A stretch of DNA of 63,603 nucleotides, the filler included, from Reclinomonas americana ATCC 50394 (taxonomy: Eukaryota), in NCBI GenBank assembly GCA_048213135.1. It is 12 parts of 9 records of this genome, joined end to end, with 100 filler letters (N's around TTAATTAATTAA, not from the genome) between each part and the next. Parts side by side here need not be neighbours in the genome. Positions count along the whole stretch, not along the records: positions 1 to 24,191 come from PS016033.1; positions 24,292 to 39,275 come from PS016038.1; 10 more parts are not named here. The stretch is one strand, 5' to 3'. Made by a program: the position numbers and the translations under genes. The notes under the pieces were generated by a model that had not been told where the DNA came from, searched no databases, and saw nothing but the letters and a program-made list of their open reading frames with translations. Of the stretch, positions 11,801 to 25,051 are shown piece after piece (the first letter of the stretch is position 1; each line of letters starts with the position of its first letter).

Positions 11801-14800
11801 ACGAAGAGGTGCCTGTCGACGTCCTCAGTCAAGAGACAGTCGCTCAATGCCTTTGAGAGTTGTGAGTGGGACACCTGGAAGAGTTGGCGTCTTGCTTTGC
11901 ACGCAGTCAATGCCTATCTTGCGCTGACCAGCCTTTCTCCTTCATCCTGTCCCACTTAAAGGTGGTCTGCTGACTCTGCGTCGCATTCGCAGCCTCCGTG
12001 GCCTCCTTCACACCGGTGACGGTTCTCGAGAACGTGCCGAATTCCATCTTTACCGTCAGTGGCGTCGCTTTGCAGCCGCAGTTGCTGCTGCGTCGAGTCC
12101 GCTTTGAGCGTGAGGTCACAGTGTGTACGGTCCTGCCGGCGGCCAGTGGTGTCAGCGGCTCGTTGACCATTGACAGCTCCGACACGGTGTCGCTGCAGTC
12201 GACAAATGGTGACACTCGCATGCTCATCACGGTGGCTAGTGGACTGCAAGCCGGCCTATACTCGCTGTGTTTCGACGCCGCCGCAGCCGACCCAAATGGC
12301 GCCTTCTTCAATGTCAAGGAGGCGGTGTACATCTTCGTCGGTCTGTAATGCTCCCACTTCTTTATGAATCTACTGGCAAGAGTCTCACCTGTGCACCCCC
12401 GCCTGACTGCAGCACGAGTGGAGACAATTTATCCGCTCGTTCTTGCAGCGAACGATCCCACCGCACGACTCACTCTTCGCGGTCTGGGACTGGAGCCGCG
12501 GACCTCGCTGCGGGCGGTGCGACTGGAGCCCGTCGACGATGTCGGCATGCCATGGGCGATGTCCTGCGTGGCGCCGTTGTTGGGTCCGACACGCAACGGC
12601 ACGCTGACAGTCGATTTGGCGACTGCACAGCAGAGCACCGCGTCTGTGGATGCGAGTCACGAAGTTGTACTGAGCGGCTTCCGCTTGAATCGATTCAAAT
12701 CCTGGTATGCTGTCTGCGTCGACTACACTGCTGCGCCGTCCGAGGGAGCATTTCACCGGGCAAGCAGCTACTCGCTGGGTATCGGTCTGTGGTCACCCAA
12801 AAATGTTTCCTGTCAGTTGCTGCGCCAGTGCCTCACTGATTGTGCGAATGCGTCGCCCCAAACTGCAGAGACGAGCATTGCCGACCAGTTGGCTGTGGTG
12901 GACTTATTGCGCCACCCAGAAAATGTAACACTTGTCATGCGACGCACATTTTCGACACTGCCACGCAGTGTGCGATCGTCAGCATCGTCAACGTGGCATG
13001 AGCGCACCACCGGCGAAAGAGTGCAGGTGTTTGTCAGCGGAGTGCTCTGGCTGTCGACTGTGCCGAATCCGTGCCCGTGGCCGACGACATACACCGACAC
13101 CGTGGTGTGTACGGCCACCGGGCTGCAACCGAACACGAACTACACGTTGAGTGTGGCGCTGGCCAATGACGACGATTTTGGGCGTCAGCAGGTGGTCTTG
13201 GGTGCGTGCATATGTGCTGTCCTCTTCTATTCGAATCGCAGCGTGCTGATGCGGGCTCTGCAGGGAAAACTCTCCTTGTGCACACGGCAGCGATGCGGAA
13301 TGCAGGCAATCCGACTTACACGACGGCTCCAGTGTTGCGTACGGTGGATAGAAGAATGAGGGAGCGAGGACACTGAGGGCGACAGAGAAACCGTGTTTCT
13401 ACGAATTTCTCAGTTTCTCTTTCCATTGCTGATAGTCGTGCCCGTATTGCAGGTTTGTACAAGCCAGCGGCCCACCCAATGCAGCAGAAGGGTGAGCCTC
13501 CTGCTCTAGTAATTCTGTTGCCGGTGCGCTGACTGCCTCTCTGATCAGACCCAATCCACGTTTTCAAGTAATTCAGAAGCGCGCATCTAGCGGGCGAACG
13601 CGTCTCATCGATTGGCATCCCACGACATCGCCATGCTTGTGGCTAGTCACCGTTTGCTTGCCAGCTCTCTTCAGCGCTCATTCATTCACCCGTGATTTGC
13701 ACTCCACAGGACCTCGGCAACTCCGGTGTTGTGCACTCTTGCCGGCCTCGAGGCAGCCACCGGCTACTCCGATCTCTTCGTGTTTGTCGTCACTGACGCG
13801 AACTCGGGAGACTTGACGCCAGCGGCGGAAACTATTGTCACTCGTTGCGTACCGCGTTCTGTGTGTACCTGCCATCTTGTCGCACTCATTTTGTGTTATG
13901 CTTCGTCACCCGCGCGCACAGAGTTCCATGACTTGGAGCTGTCTTTGACCGCCATGGGGCCGGCGGTTGGTGTTGGTGGACCAGTGACTGTGCAGGCCAC
14001 GATGGTGGATGTTGACCGGACTCGGTCGCTGGTGCGAGACGTGCCGGTGGTGTTCACGTGGACATGCTCGTTCGGGGGCGCACCCTGTGGGGCATCTGTC
14101 GTTTCGACGGAGCGATCTGCGGTGCTGACCATTGCTGCTGGCTTCAGCACACCGGGCATGTTGCGTGGAGGCGCTACTCAGAGTGGCTAACAAAGAGGGA
14201 TGTGGACTTCTCATGCGTCTTCCTACAGCTATTCCTTTGGATGCACAGTGACTCGAGGAACTCGCAACCGACACGCGTCCGCAGACGTGACAGTCCACGG
14301 AGGACAATCTGTCGCGTTCAGAGTGGTTTGCCGACGTTTACTTGCTTGGGTACGTAACGGTGTTGTTATTCATCATGGTGTTGCGTGCACAGGTCTCCGA
14401 GTCGCCCTTGGCTGTTGGTGCTTCAACTGCACGGCTGAACCCCCTGCGCTCGATTTCAATCACCGCCACTGCATTCGGCACTCCCGCAAACACTAGCTTC
14501 TCATGGCGAGCGTACGAGCAAGGTATCAGCGATTTAGCGAGACGTGTACGCAGTCGTGTAACTGACTACACCAAATCATATCTGTGTGCGGAATGCAGGG
14601 TCGACGCAGGATCTGGTGCTCGGTTTTCCTGATTTCGATTTTCTTCCTTCGGCTCCCGGACAGCCGCCTGCTGTGCGCATCAAGGAGGGCGTCTTTGAGG
14701 GCAACAAGAAGTACGTGTTTGAGTTGTTGGCACTGCCCGCGCTGAGCACTCCAGGTACGTCCGTGTCTTGCTATGCTGTACCGTGCTGTAATAGATGTGC

Positions 14801-17800
14801 CTGACGACGTGCCTCGCGCACCGCTAGTTATTCCCTCCATCACACTCGACATCAATGATTTGCCGACTGCCGGCACTCTCGCCATCACACCGCTGAGTGG
14901 CGTGGCTCGAATCACCGCCTTTACCTTCACAATGACCGACTTTGTGGACAAGGATCAACCTCGTGCGTCGCCTGTTGTTCTCGTGCTCATCAAATGGAAC
15001 CGTATCTCACCTGCTTTTGTGTCTGCGCGCACGCGTTCAGTGTCCTACCTCCCGTTCTACGTGCACCCGTCGCTTGGCACCAAGGTCGGTTGCGAAAAGG
15101 ACCACCCAAATGCTCTACTGCTTTCACGCTGACCTCCCTTCCCTTTTCTCATTCACAGGTCTTTATCACGGCCAGTACGATTTCCGTTATCAGGGGCGTT
15201 GTCTTCCCTCTGGCTGGGAGCGCCTCCACCGGCAATCAACTGCAAGTCGGTGTCACGGTTCGCGATGTATGCGGCGCGTCTGTCGATGTCTACTCCACGA
15301 TTGTGGTTCTCGAGTCGACCGCACCGTCCACAACCGCGAGCAATGGAGCCTTTCTCCGCGGCAGCTTTGGCCGAGCGCAGCAGCTTGACCTTACCGACTT
15401 TACTGACAGTGAGGTGGCGGATGCGATGGGCTCGCTGAGTGCCGGCGTGTCGGCACTGACTGTGGGTGACCAGTCTGCGCTGCTCGACGGTGAGACATCC
15501 TATTACATGTGGAGCGTTATTTGATTCTCACACATAGGGCCCTATCGACGATGCAGTTGCTTCCAATCGAGCAGCCGTTCGTGATGCCTCCATGTTGTTG
15601 TCGGCGACCGCTTCGAAAATCGACTTGTCACTCTCTCCCGAAACCACCACCACCATGTTGTTTGTGGCTGGAGATCTGGCCAGGTGATCTCGACTCCATC
15701 TTTTTGCAGCGTGCTTTCACCCGTCTACTCACTGGCGCATTCGCGCGTCAGCTCACTGCGTGGTATGGCCAAGAGCGGTGACTCTGCGGCCGTTGCCACA
15801 ACCGCGAGTTCCCTGATGCAAACAGCTGTGCACATGGCGACAATTGGCAGCTACCTTCCAGCGTCCTCCGTGCAGGTGAGAGAGATGGAGAAGCCGGGGG
15901 TAGGGGAAGGGAGAAGGGCGAGAGGGAGAGAGAGGAGGTGAAGGAGAAGGAGGGAGAGGAGGGGGAAAGAGGGGGAGAAAGATGAAGGAGTAGACCCGCC
16001 GCTCACTTGCGTGTCACTCACCGATTGCTTGCATGTCGGCGGCGAGGGAGAGAGCGTGAGGAGAAGGAAGAAGGAGAGAGATGTAGGAAGGAAGGGGAAA
16101 CGGAGAGAGGTAGATACACCTCTCACTTGCGTCTTTCTCAAAGCACACTCACCGATCGCTGCATCTTGGTGGCGAGGCAGATAGAGAGGGAGGAGAAGGA
16201 AGAAGGAGAGACGGAGACAGAGTAGACTCGTCTCTCACTTGCGTCTTTCTCTATCACACTCGGCGATGCTGCATGTCAGTGTGGTGAGGGTGAGAGAGAG
16301 AGGAGGAGGATAAAGGAAGGGAGAGGCACCCCTCCTACTTGCTTGGTTCTCAAAGCACACTCGCCGATTGCTGTATTTCGGTGGCGAGGGAGAGAGCGTG
16401 AGGAGAAAGAAGAAGGAGAGACGGAGACAGAGTAGACAACCCTCTTACATGCTTCTTCTCTATGCGCTCTCACCGATTTCTTGCATCTCTGTGGCAAGGG
16501 AGAGAGCGGGAGGAGAAGGAAGAAGAAAGGGCAAGGAATAGACACACCTCTCACTTGCTTCCTCTCAAAGCACACTCACCGACTGCTTGCATGTCGGTGG
16601 CGAGATTCCTGATGGAGAAAGCGGAAGTTTGAAGAGAGGACAAGAAGTGCAGATTGTTGTCAGGGGAAATTTTAGTTGTACGTTGTGAGCAGCTACGTGT
16701 GCTCAATCCCTGGCTCACTGTGCAGCTGCTGGTGTCGACGGTGGATTCGGTGTTTGGAGCCACGCGGGGCACAGTGCTGGACGGACAGATGGCGAGTAAT
16801 GGTATCACGGCGCTGTCTACTGTCGGCTTCCATGCTGTCAACACGAAGACCGCCGGCGATCCTGCAATTGCCATCATTGGCACCAACATACAGCTGGTGT
16901 CTGCGTACCTTTCGCCATCGGCGACGGCGCCTGGCATCCAGGTCTGTGCTGCCCGGGCAGCCTGCCCACGTCACTCAGAAACTGCCTACAAAAGACCTGT
17001 TAATGTTGCGCACACAGTTCTCCAACAGCTCCACCTTCACCGTGCCTCCGACGGATGATGCTGCCTCCTCCCTGGTCACGCAGTACCAGTTCCCATTGGG
17101 CGTTACTGAGCGACTGCAAGGTGTCTATCCGATCATCACCTCGACGCTTATCGACAATGGTTGGTCACCTGGTGTATTGCTTGCTGTAATTTGCTTTCTC
17201 ATCATTGTGCATGGTTGTCACAGGTCTGCTGCCCTACGCGGACAGTCGCAACTCCACCACCGTCTACCTGAGTCCTGTCCAGCGAGTGTCTCTGCAAACG
17301 GCAAATGGAGTGCCCATCGTTCTGAATGCCACTGCGGGTGAATCGTTCACATTCGAGATTGCTCGTCAAGATAGCGCGCTCCTTGCCGCCGTTGCGCCGC
17401 AGCTGGTACGTCCTATTTGTATGCCTACTTGCCTGCGAATGTGTCGTGCCTTATACCTGCTGGCGAAGCGAGATGTGTTGGAGTACATTGCTGGATGTGG
17501 AGTGCGTGGCTTGCAGTCACCCGAGGCAGCTGACGATGGCGACACGACGCTGGTGGCCCTAGACGACAGTCGTTGCGCTTTGCATTGCAATTATGTGTGC
17601 CAGCTGACGAATAGGCGCATGTGCTTACGAGTCTGCACAGATTGCAACCGGACCGTGTACCGCAGTGACAATCGTGCGTGCGAACGATGGCATTCGCGCG
17701 AGGCGAGGGTTGTTCACGGCGTTTTCTGTTGTTTGTTTGTTTCTACAGCGACTGCTGCCGATTTCGGCAAGCTGTGTGTGTTCTGGAATGAGACCAGGCA

Positions 17801-20800
17801 GCAGTGGATTGCTGACGGATGCAAAACGTTACGACGCCGCACGGCGCATTGCGCAGTTCCTTTGTACTCTGTCCTGACGAATGCACTCACGCGACAGATT
17901 TGTGCGAGTGACGCGTGGTACTCACGACGTGCAGTCGTTTGTGTGTCGTTGTAATCACATGACGGATTTTAGCGTGAATTGTGCGTCCTTTGGGTGGAGA
18001 ATTATGTCTGGATGTTCTATCGTGCTGATTCGCCTTGCGCTCTCTCTCTCTTTCTGCAGTGCACGATATCTTCAACATTCACTTTACCTTTGTCTCGTTG
18101 CGTCTGTACTCGGCGGTGTTGTCGAATGGCAAGTGAGCTAATGTGGTGATTATCAGTCCTGCCGACCTGCTGTCACTCTTCACGGGCCAGCTGCTGAGGA
18201 GCTCGACATTTTCGATTGTCATTGGTAAGCACTCGCCGACCTGCTGTCACCGCGAGTCTGCTCACCACTCACCACCACCCTGCGCGCACCAGTGATTCAA
18301 GTCATCTATCTCATCCAGCTGTACATTGGCTACAAGATGGACCAGGCGAGCGACAAGCAGCTCGTCCGATGTGTCACCATGTTGAAAATGCCGTTGCGGC
18401 AAGCTGATCTGGCTGGCGTCAAGTTTGCCGGGTTCGTATTGCGTTGGGCGATTTTATTGATTTGTTCCTGAAAGTGAGCGTGTGTGATTGATTGTGCACA
18501 GCGTCTTCTCCACCGCCGACCTGCGCGACCGTGGTCTGCAGGCAGAAGATACAGGTGTGTATGACTATCGCAGGATCCTTGTGGCATCACACTGCTCACC
18601 CATGTCGTTCGTTTGGACAGACTCACTTCGGGCACTAGAAAGGCATTTCGTGGCTGTTTCACGATTCCGACGTTTGGTGGCCATTGTTCTTGCGAGTCTC
18701 TTGCATTTCTACGCTCGTTTGTAACTGGAATGCACACAGAGGTCGTGCGCTCGGTGATACGCATCAATCGCGGCCGCAGTTGGTTGATGAGACGCGCCGT
18801 GGCTGTGTGGACGGCTGTGAGAGGTGTGTGCATGCTGCTTGATTAGTGCGGCCTGTGCACTTCTGAGTGGAGGCTGCGTGCAGATGACCACTCGTGGGTG
18901 TCGACGATTATGTGCCCGAATGCAGATCGCTTTCGTCGAACGCAGCGTGTGACGGTGCGGGAAAGGGGAAAGGGGGAGGGGAAGGGAGGGAAGGGATGGA
19001 AGGGGGGAAGAGAAACGGCTCATGCACTGATAGTAGGCACACAGTTGTCTTGTCAAACTGAGAGAGGAGAAGAGAAAGGAGTGTGGGAGATGGAGAAGTT
19101 TAGCACAGAAGTAACCGTGTGCTGAGAGGGATGGGGCGAGAAGAAAGGGCTGCAAAGTGCGCAGTGGCTGTGTGCAGGGTGTAGGAGAGAGGGAGGAGAC
19201 AGGGAGACACGGACANNNNNNNNNNNNNNNNNNNNNNNNNNNNNNNNNNNNNNNNNNNNNNNNNNNNNNNNNNNNNNNNNNNNNNNNNNNNNNNNNNNNN
19301 NNNNNNNNNNNNNNNNNNNNNNNNNNNNNNNNNNNNNNNNNNNNNNNNNNNNNNNNNNNNNNNNNNNNNNNNNNNNNNNNNNNNNNNNNNNNNNNNNNNN
19401 NNNNNNNNNNNNNNNNNNNNNNNNNNNNNNNNNNNNNNNNNNNNNNNNNNNNNNNNNNNNNNNNNNNNNNNNNNNNNNNNNNNNNNNNNNNNNNNNNNNN
19501 NNNNNNNNNNNNNNNNNNNNNNNNNNNNNNNNNNNNNNNNNNNNNNNNNNNNNNNNNNNNNNNNNNNNNNNNNNNNNNNNNNNNNNNNNNNNNNNNNNNN
19601 NNNNNNNNNNNNNNNNNNNNNNNNNNNNNNNNNNNNNNNNNNNNNNNNNNNNNNNNNNNNNNNNNNNNNNNNNNNNNNNNNNNNNNNNNNNNNNNNNNNN
19701 NNNNNNNNNNNNNNNNNNNNNNNNNNNNNNNNNNNNNNNNNNNNNNNNNNNNNNNNNNNNNNNNNNNNNNNNNNNNNNNNNNNNNNNNNNNNNNNNNNNN
19801 NNNNNNNNNNNNNNNNNNNNNNNNNNNNNNNNNNNNNNNNNNNNNNNNNNNNNNNNNNNNNNNNNNNNNNNNNNNNNNNNNNNNNNNNNNNNNNNNNNNN
19901 NNNNNNNNNNNNNNNNNNNNNNNNNNNNNNNNNNNNNNNNNNNNNNNNNNNNNNNNNNNNNNNNNNGTCTGCCACACGTACTGTCGCTGTGCTGTACCAT
20001 ATTTTGATCGATATCGTGTGCTACTTTAATCTTGAGCACCCTCTCTATCTTCTCTCCGCAAGCGGCTTGAATTCAGCCGAACTATGCGGACACTCACACC
20101 GTCTCTCTGTCTCTTTCTTCACTTTCCATTCTTTGATAACCTGCTCACTCCACAATTCCTTCAGGTTCTGTGGTTTGCCGTGTGCCTGGCTTTGTACACC
20201 AATGCCGTGTTTGCCGAGCAAGCCACCGTCACGGGTGGTGGTTCCGCCTTCCTTCGCGAAATGCTGATTGGCATCATCTCTGGTATCGTGTAACTCAGAT
20301 CTATTCACCGTGTTGCCGTTGTGGTGTTCCTCACGCTTGTCTGCAGGCGTGATCATGGCACCGGTGGTGTGGGTTGTGTCGCAGATATTCATCCGCACGC
20401 CGCGTATGGCAATGCAGCTGCGTTCCGCTCACGAGACAACAATGGGCAAGCGTTTCACGGAGCGGGTAGAGGTGACATCCATTGACTTGCCCGCCGACGA
20501 TGCAAGCGACTTGGAGTGCGCAGAGTCGGCTCGCAAGGTGATTTTCATGTGGAGTGGGAGGATGTAGCGTGCAATCAAGTTCGCGATGTAACAGCAATGG
20601 GTTTCTTAACACGCGCGCAGAGCCAGCACACCATGATACACGTGGTGTCTGCTCGGGGGCAACCACCACCACCGCCTCCGCCTCCGCGCGTTGCTCGACT
20701 GCGAGTGCGAGGCGAGTCCAGCACACACTTGCTCACTGCCGTGTCTCAACTGCGAAGGAATGATGTTTTTGGCGCGCTTTTGCACTACGCACAACACGGC

Positions 20801-23800
20801 CGAGAGAGAGCAGTTGCGTCGATGTGGGAGGAGGGATAGGAGGGGGCAATGAGAGAAGAGGAGAGGAGAGGAAAGAGAAATGGAAGAACAGGGTGAGGGA
20901 AAGAGGAGTGCGGATGGTGGTGAAAAGGGCTCGATTCCGGGGAGGAAAGACGGGAGTGAGGGGAAAGGGTTGAGGAACTAGCTTGATGTGAGAAGAGGAA
21001 GGAGGTGAAAATGGATGAGGTGATAGGGTCAAGCTGTTGATGGAGGAAAGAAGTTGATGCGCGAGGAGTGAGAAAAAGAGGTTGGCAACTGCCTCGATAA
21101 GAGAAGAAAGAAACGATGGCAGTGAGAAATGGTGAGGTCAGAGTGAGAGACAGAGGTCAGCAGGTGGCTGCTGTGGGAGAGGAGGACAGGAGGGGCGCGA
21201 GTTCGAAGGTATCTGCGGAGATGAAGTGGATCCATGGAAGAGGGACGAACGCAATGCGAGAAGAATCGGGAGAAGGCGAGGGTGGACCGAGGGAAAGGTT
21301 GAATGAGGGGAAACTGAGATGATCGAGAAGGAACGAGCTCGATGGGAAGAAGGCGAAGTGAGGCGGTGAAGATGGAGGATTGAGTAGTTGGACGAGGAGA
21401 AGGAACGATGCGAGGCTTGCGGTTTGGATGGTGACTAAAGTGAGGTGAGATTTGGCACACGTGATGCATCGATGGGTTGCAGTTGGATGCGGAGTGTGCT
21501 TGTTGTTTTTTAGGACGCAGTTCTTGTATTCAACTCGGAGTATGCCAGAGTGGTGCTTCTAGATGTCCTTCTTGCTCACAGACACTGCTTTCTCTACCTC
21601 GTATCCGTGAACAAATGGCGCTCAAGTCGCCAGCACCCTGCCAAACCTGTCTCATGACTGATCGATCCATCAGGTCCCCGTTGGCTTCTCGCTGGCGGCG
21701 CTGCAACGCGAGTTCTTCGAGTGGGTGAATTGCGCCGACATGGAAAAGGAGGGTTTGGCACCGGAGATGTCCGCCGACGAGTTCCAGCGTCTGTGGCTTG
21801 CACAATACGCCATGGAGGGTGCCAGAGCCGATGGCCCCGGTAACGACCTGCTGAATTCGCGCGCTCGCCTGTTGTCGTTTGTGTCAGATAAAGAGTTGGT
21901 TGGCGACGTGAGTGCGCCACCGTCGGTCGGCAGTGGACTTGCGTCCGTGCGCATGGGTCGTGGTGCGGTGACACACTTGTGAGTCAACTGTTGTTGGGTG
22001 CCCTTTTTTCTAGATCTCCGAGTCCGTGCTCACTCGCTGGACTACAGCAACAAGAGCGGTGGCTCGAATCTGTGGCACTCGGTGATGCCGCCGTCACCAC
22101 ATTTCGTGGTGAGTGAGGTGACGACTGCGCATGCACACGAACTGGTGGACGACAATGAGGGCTCGTCGGTAAGTGGAATTGATGCGGCGTTTTCATGCAG
22201 GAAGGCGTCGTTGACCTGTGAATCCAGGCACGCAATGTCGATCTCCACCGTGTGCGAGTGCTTGCCATGTTGAGGAAGCAGGATGTCGTCGGTGCTTGGA
22301 TGTACTTTATGACTAGCGTTCGACAGCAGCAGTACTCCTTGTCGGTGAGCGTGTGTTGGCGTGCCGTCGTTCTTGCTGCTGTGCCAGCTCTCACTTTTTT
22401 CTTCGCAGGTCACGCAGTCAACGACAGTCTCTGCACTATTCCGCGATTTCCTTGCCTGGCTGCGTTCTGTACTTGCGCGTGGTGATAGTGATTTTGTGCT
22501 CTCCGAGGAGGAGTTTGTGCGGCTGTGGCGCCAGAAGAAGGCAAAAGTTAGCGACGACGAACAAGCTGCATCGTTGGCCGCATTCTTGACTGCAAATCGC
22601 ATCGTGGACGACGTGGGCCAGCGCAGCGAGGATGACGCTGATGGGTGAGCTCAGTGGCGTATATTCTTGCGGGTCGCATACGCTCACTCACATTCTACAA
22701 CAGGCTTGCTAATCGCACCACATTGTTGAGGTCAGCAGTTTTCCGTCAGCCCTCTCTAATCAATGTGTATTCCAGTTGTTCACCATCTTTCCTGCTTCAC
22801 CCCAGGTCTCCGGTACCACCCCCGCCAACGTCGTCGTCTCCGTTTGTTCCAGTAATGGTGAATGACCACTGTCAGTGGGCAATCAAGCATACCAATACGC
22901 TCACACGCATTCTTCATGCCCAGCAAACTGCGCTGTGGCACCGAGTACGCGGAATAGCTGTCGATCAGCAGCAGCAGGCTGAAGATGGTGAACACGCCAG
23001 CGGCAATGAGTCGATGCTGGCGATTGGACCATCGGCTCGCCGCGTCTCTCTGAGCGGAGCCGATGCAAGTGGGTGAGTAAGTCGATGCTGCGTGCATTAG
23101 CATACATGGTGGTGAGATCGACAGTGCCTCACGTTCGCGAATGCGCAGAGTGCACCGTTCAGTAGCCGTACCAGCTGGCCGGTTCGTGAAGGAGAGTGAG
23201 AGTGCTTGACTACTGCTCATTGATGTTGACTCACTGTGCGCACGTCGCTGTTAGGTCACCTGTGGATTGGAGTCATCGTCAAGGGGGCCATCGCGAAGCA
23301 CCAGCTCTGACCGTGCCTTTGGTATCCGCCTCCACTCCGCCACCTTCCGTGATGGTGAGCGGACGATGATCTGCAGTGGAAGTGATGTAGCTGCTACACA
23401 CGAAAAAAGAGAAGCACACGCACACACACGTGCACGCAGTTAGTAGCCACACATGCAGTTTGTAGCCACACACGCGCACTTACGCCGTCGCCTTGCGCAC
23501 AGCACTCTGCCATGTGGCAACGAGTTCGCGCTCTGTTGGCTGATCAACAACGGGCTCGCGACAACATGCCCATGCTGGAGCCGCCGGAGGGTGATTTCAA
23601 GCTAAAGCAGGTGAGCGAGTGGGCAGAGAGCAATGTCCTCAGAGGTTTCTTTCATTCGTCGATCATGACTTCTATGTGATCTGCGAGAGTTGATGGCGGG
23701 AGGGGCATGGGAATCGGCCCTCGTACTAACGTGCACCCGCAGATTGATGGAATCCGGTATCCCGTTCCCAGCATCACTGTGGGGGATCGAAGTGGGCGCC

Positions 23801-23833
23801 CTCGCCGTCTATCTGCCGCGGAGTCTTCTGTTG
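2821..23833 (+). CDS. Giant multi-exon polycystin-1-like (REJ-GPS/GAIN) surface receptor; spans the gap at ~19.2-20.0 kb, 3' end missing
   Basis: Signal peptide MYAGISLLRVALLFVLAVACWQCALC. Cadherin-like NVAPSDI...GTLRAVDANRHQRHSFSIV. Two NHL propellers (FSQPTSIAIDRVRNVLYV; FNEPSGLALDRTLNKLYV). IPT-like and FN3 repeats. REJ motifs FTWTC and NDLPTAGTLAITPLSGVARITAFTFTMTDFVDKDQPLSY. GPS motif CVFWNETRQQWIADGC...CRCNHMTDFS (~17770-17975). TM segments at ~18205-18330 and ~20165-20395 (FSRTMR...VLWFAVCLALYTNAVF). Over 50 introns inferred by phase-compatible joins. Confidence 0.85.
15990..16606. repeat. Intronic minisatellite, ~110-bp unit x6, diverged
   Basis: Core ctcacttgc...(aaagc)acactcaccgat..tgcat..ggtggcgag followed by a GA-rich tract recurs at ~16000, 16120, 16235, 16335, 16440 and 16550. 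Confidence 0.85.
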
Positions 23834-24307
23834 GTGAGAGGGGGAGGGAAAGGGAGGGATAAGGGAAGGAAAGGGAGGGGATGAGGAAAGGGATGGGAGA
23901 AGGGAAGCGAAAGGGAGGGGAGAAGGAAAGGGAAAGGGAAAGGGAAAGGGGGAAGAGGGAGAGGAGGGAAAGGGAGGATGAATGAGAGGAAAGGACAAGT
24001 GAGTGGTTTGATGTATTGAGAGGTATGTGAGAAGAAGCAACAGAAGAGAACGAGGGAGGCAAGAGAGACAGCGGAGGAAAGGACAGCAGACGCGAAAGAG
24101 AGAGAGAGAGAGCTAAAGGTACAGAGAACCAAGTGTGGAAGGGAGAGAGCAACGAGGAAGGGCAAGTGAAAGCACAGAGAGAGAGAGAGAGNNNNNNNNN
24201 NNNNNNNNNNNNNNNNNNNNNNNNNNNNNNNNNNNTTAATTAATTAANNNNNNNNNNNNNNNNNNNNNNNNNNNNNNNNNNNNNNNNNNNNGCTGCTGCC
24301 TCAAGAT

Positions 24308-24563
24308 CACAGGAAATCAGATTTGGCTTATTTCGCGTTTTTCCAAAATTTTCGTCAGTCACACGGGGACTTGTCTCTCACGCTGTGACATGAGGACCGA
24401 TCTTCTGCCCTCCAAACTTCGTCTGCCCCTCCCTCAACATGTCTCCTCTGACCCTGCGGTGCGAAAAATGTATAAAGCTTCTGTGAAATAATGTGTCGAT
24501 TCTGCGCACCACCTGCTGTCGATTTTTTTCAATGGCTCAGTTCCTGGTGATTTTTTTCACCAG
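24308..24563. repeat. Left TIR and subterminal GATTTTTTTC motifs
   Basis: TIR 24308-24319; GATTTTTTTCA at 24521 and 24549, the latter inside the hairpin CTGGTGA...TCACCAG. Confidence 0.85.
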
Positions 24564-25051
24564 TGGTCCGCTGGTCGAACGGACGACACAGATAACAGCC
24601 CACGCGCCCGCTGCGCGCCGTAGCAGAGAGCCAGTCATCGAGAAGGCCAAGGGATTGTCTGCAGCTGGCAACGCCGACGTAGGTACGCAGCGTCTCTTCA
24701 TTTCTTGTACGCACGACACGTCGTGTGTATGCTGGCGTGTGTGTGGCAAGAGAGAGAGAGAGAGAGAGAGATCACCGTGGAGCTCACGCGTGCACATGAA
24801 TGTGAGGCGTCCAGCTGCATGCGCAGCGTGTTTTTGAGGATGTGCGTGTGTGTGTGTGTGTGTGTGCGTGCGTTTGTGTGCACGTGTGTGTGTGTGTGTG
24901 TAGTAAATGAGTGTGCGATTGTGGGCGTCGTGGTTGCTTGCACACAGTTGAATGCACTTGCGTGGTTAACGTTGCTGGAGAGAGCGACAGGGATCCGAGG
25001 CTGCCTCTCACGTCCTTGTGGTCGCTGTGCGCAGTTTGAGGAGCCCCAGTT

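Noticed and set aside
18709..20039. Long ORFs containing X runs (also 37144-38522)
   Set aside because: They read through N gaps.
2821..23833. Alternative genetic code or pseudogene suggested by many short ORFs
   Set aside because: In the parts I traced, the stops fall in introns and phase-compatible GT/GC-AG splicing restores the frame without recoding.
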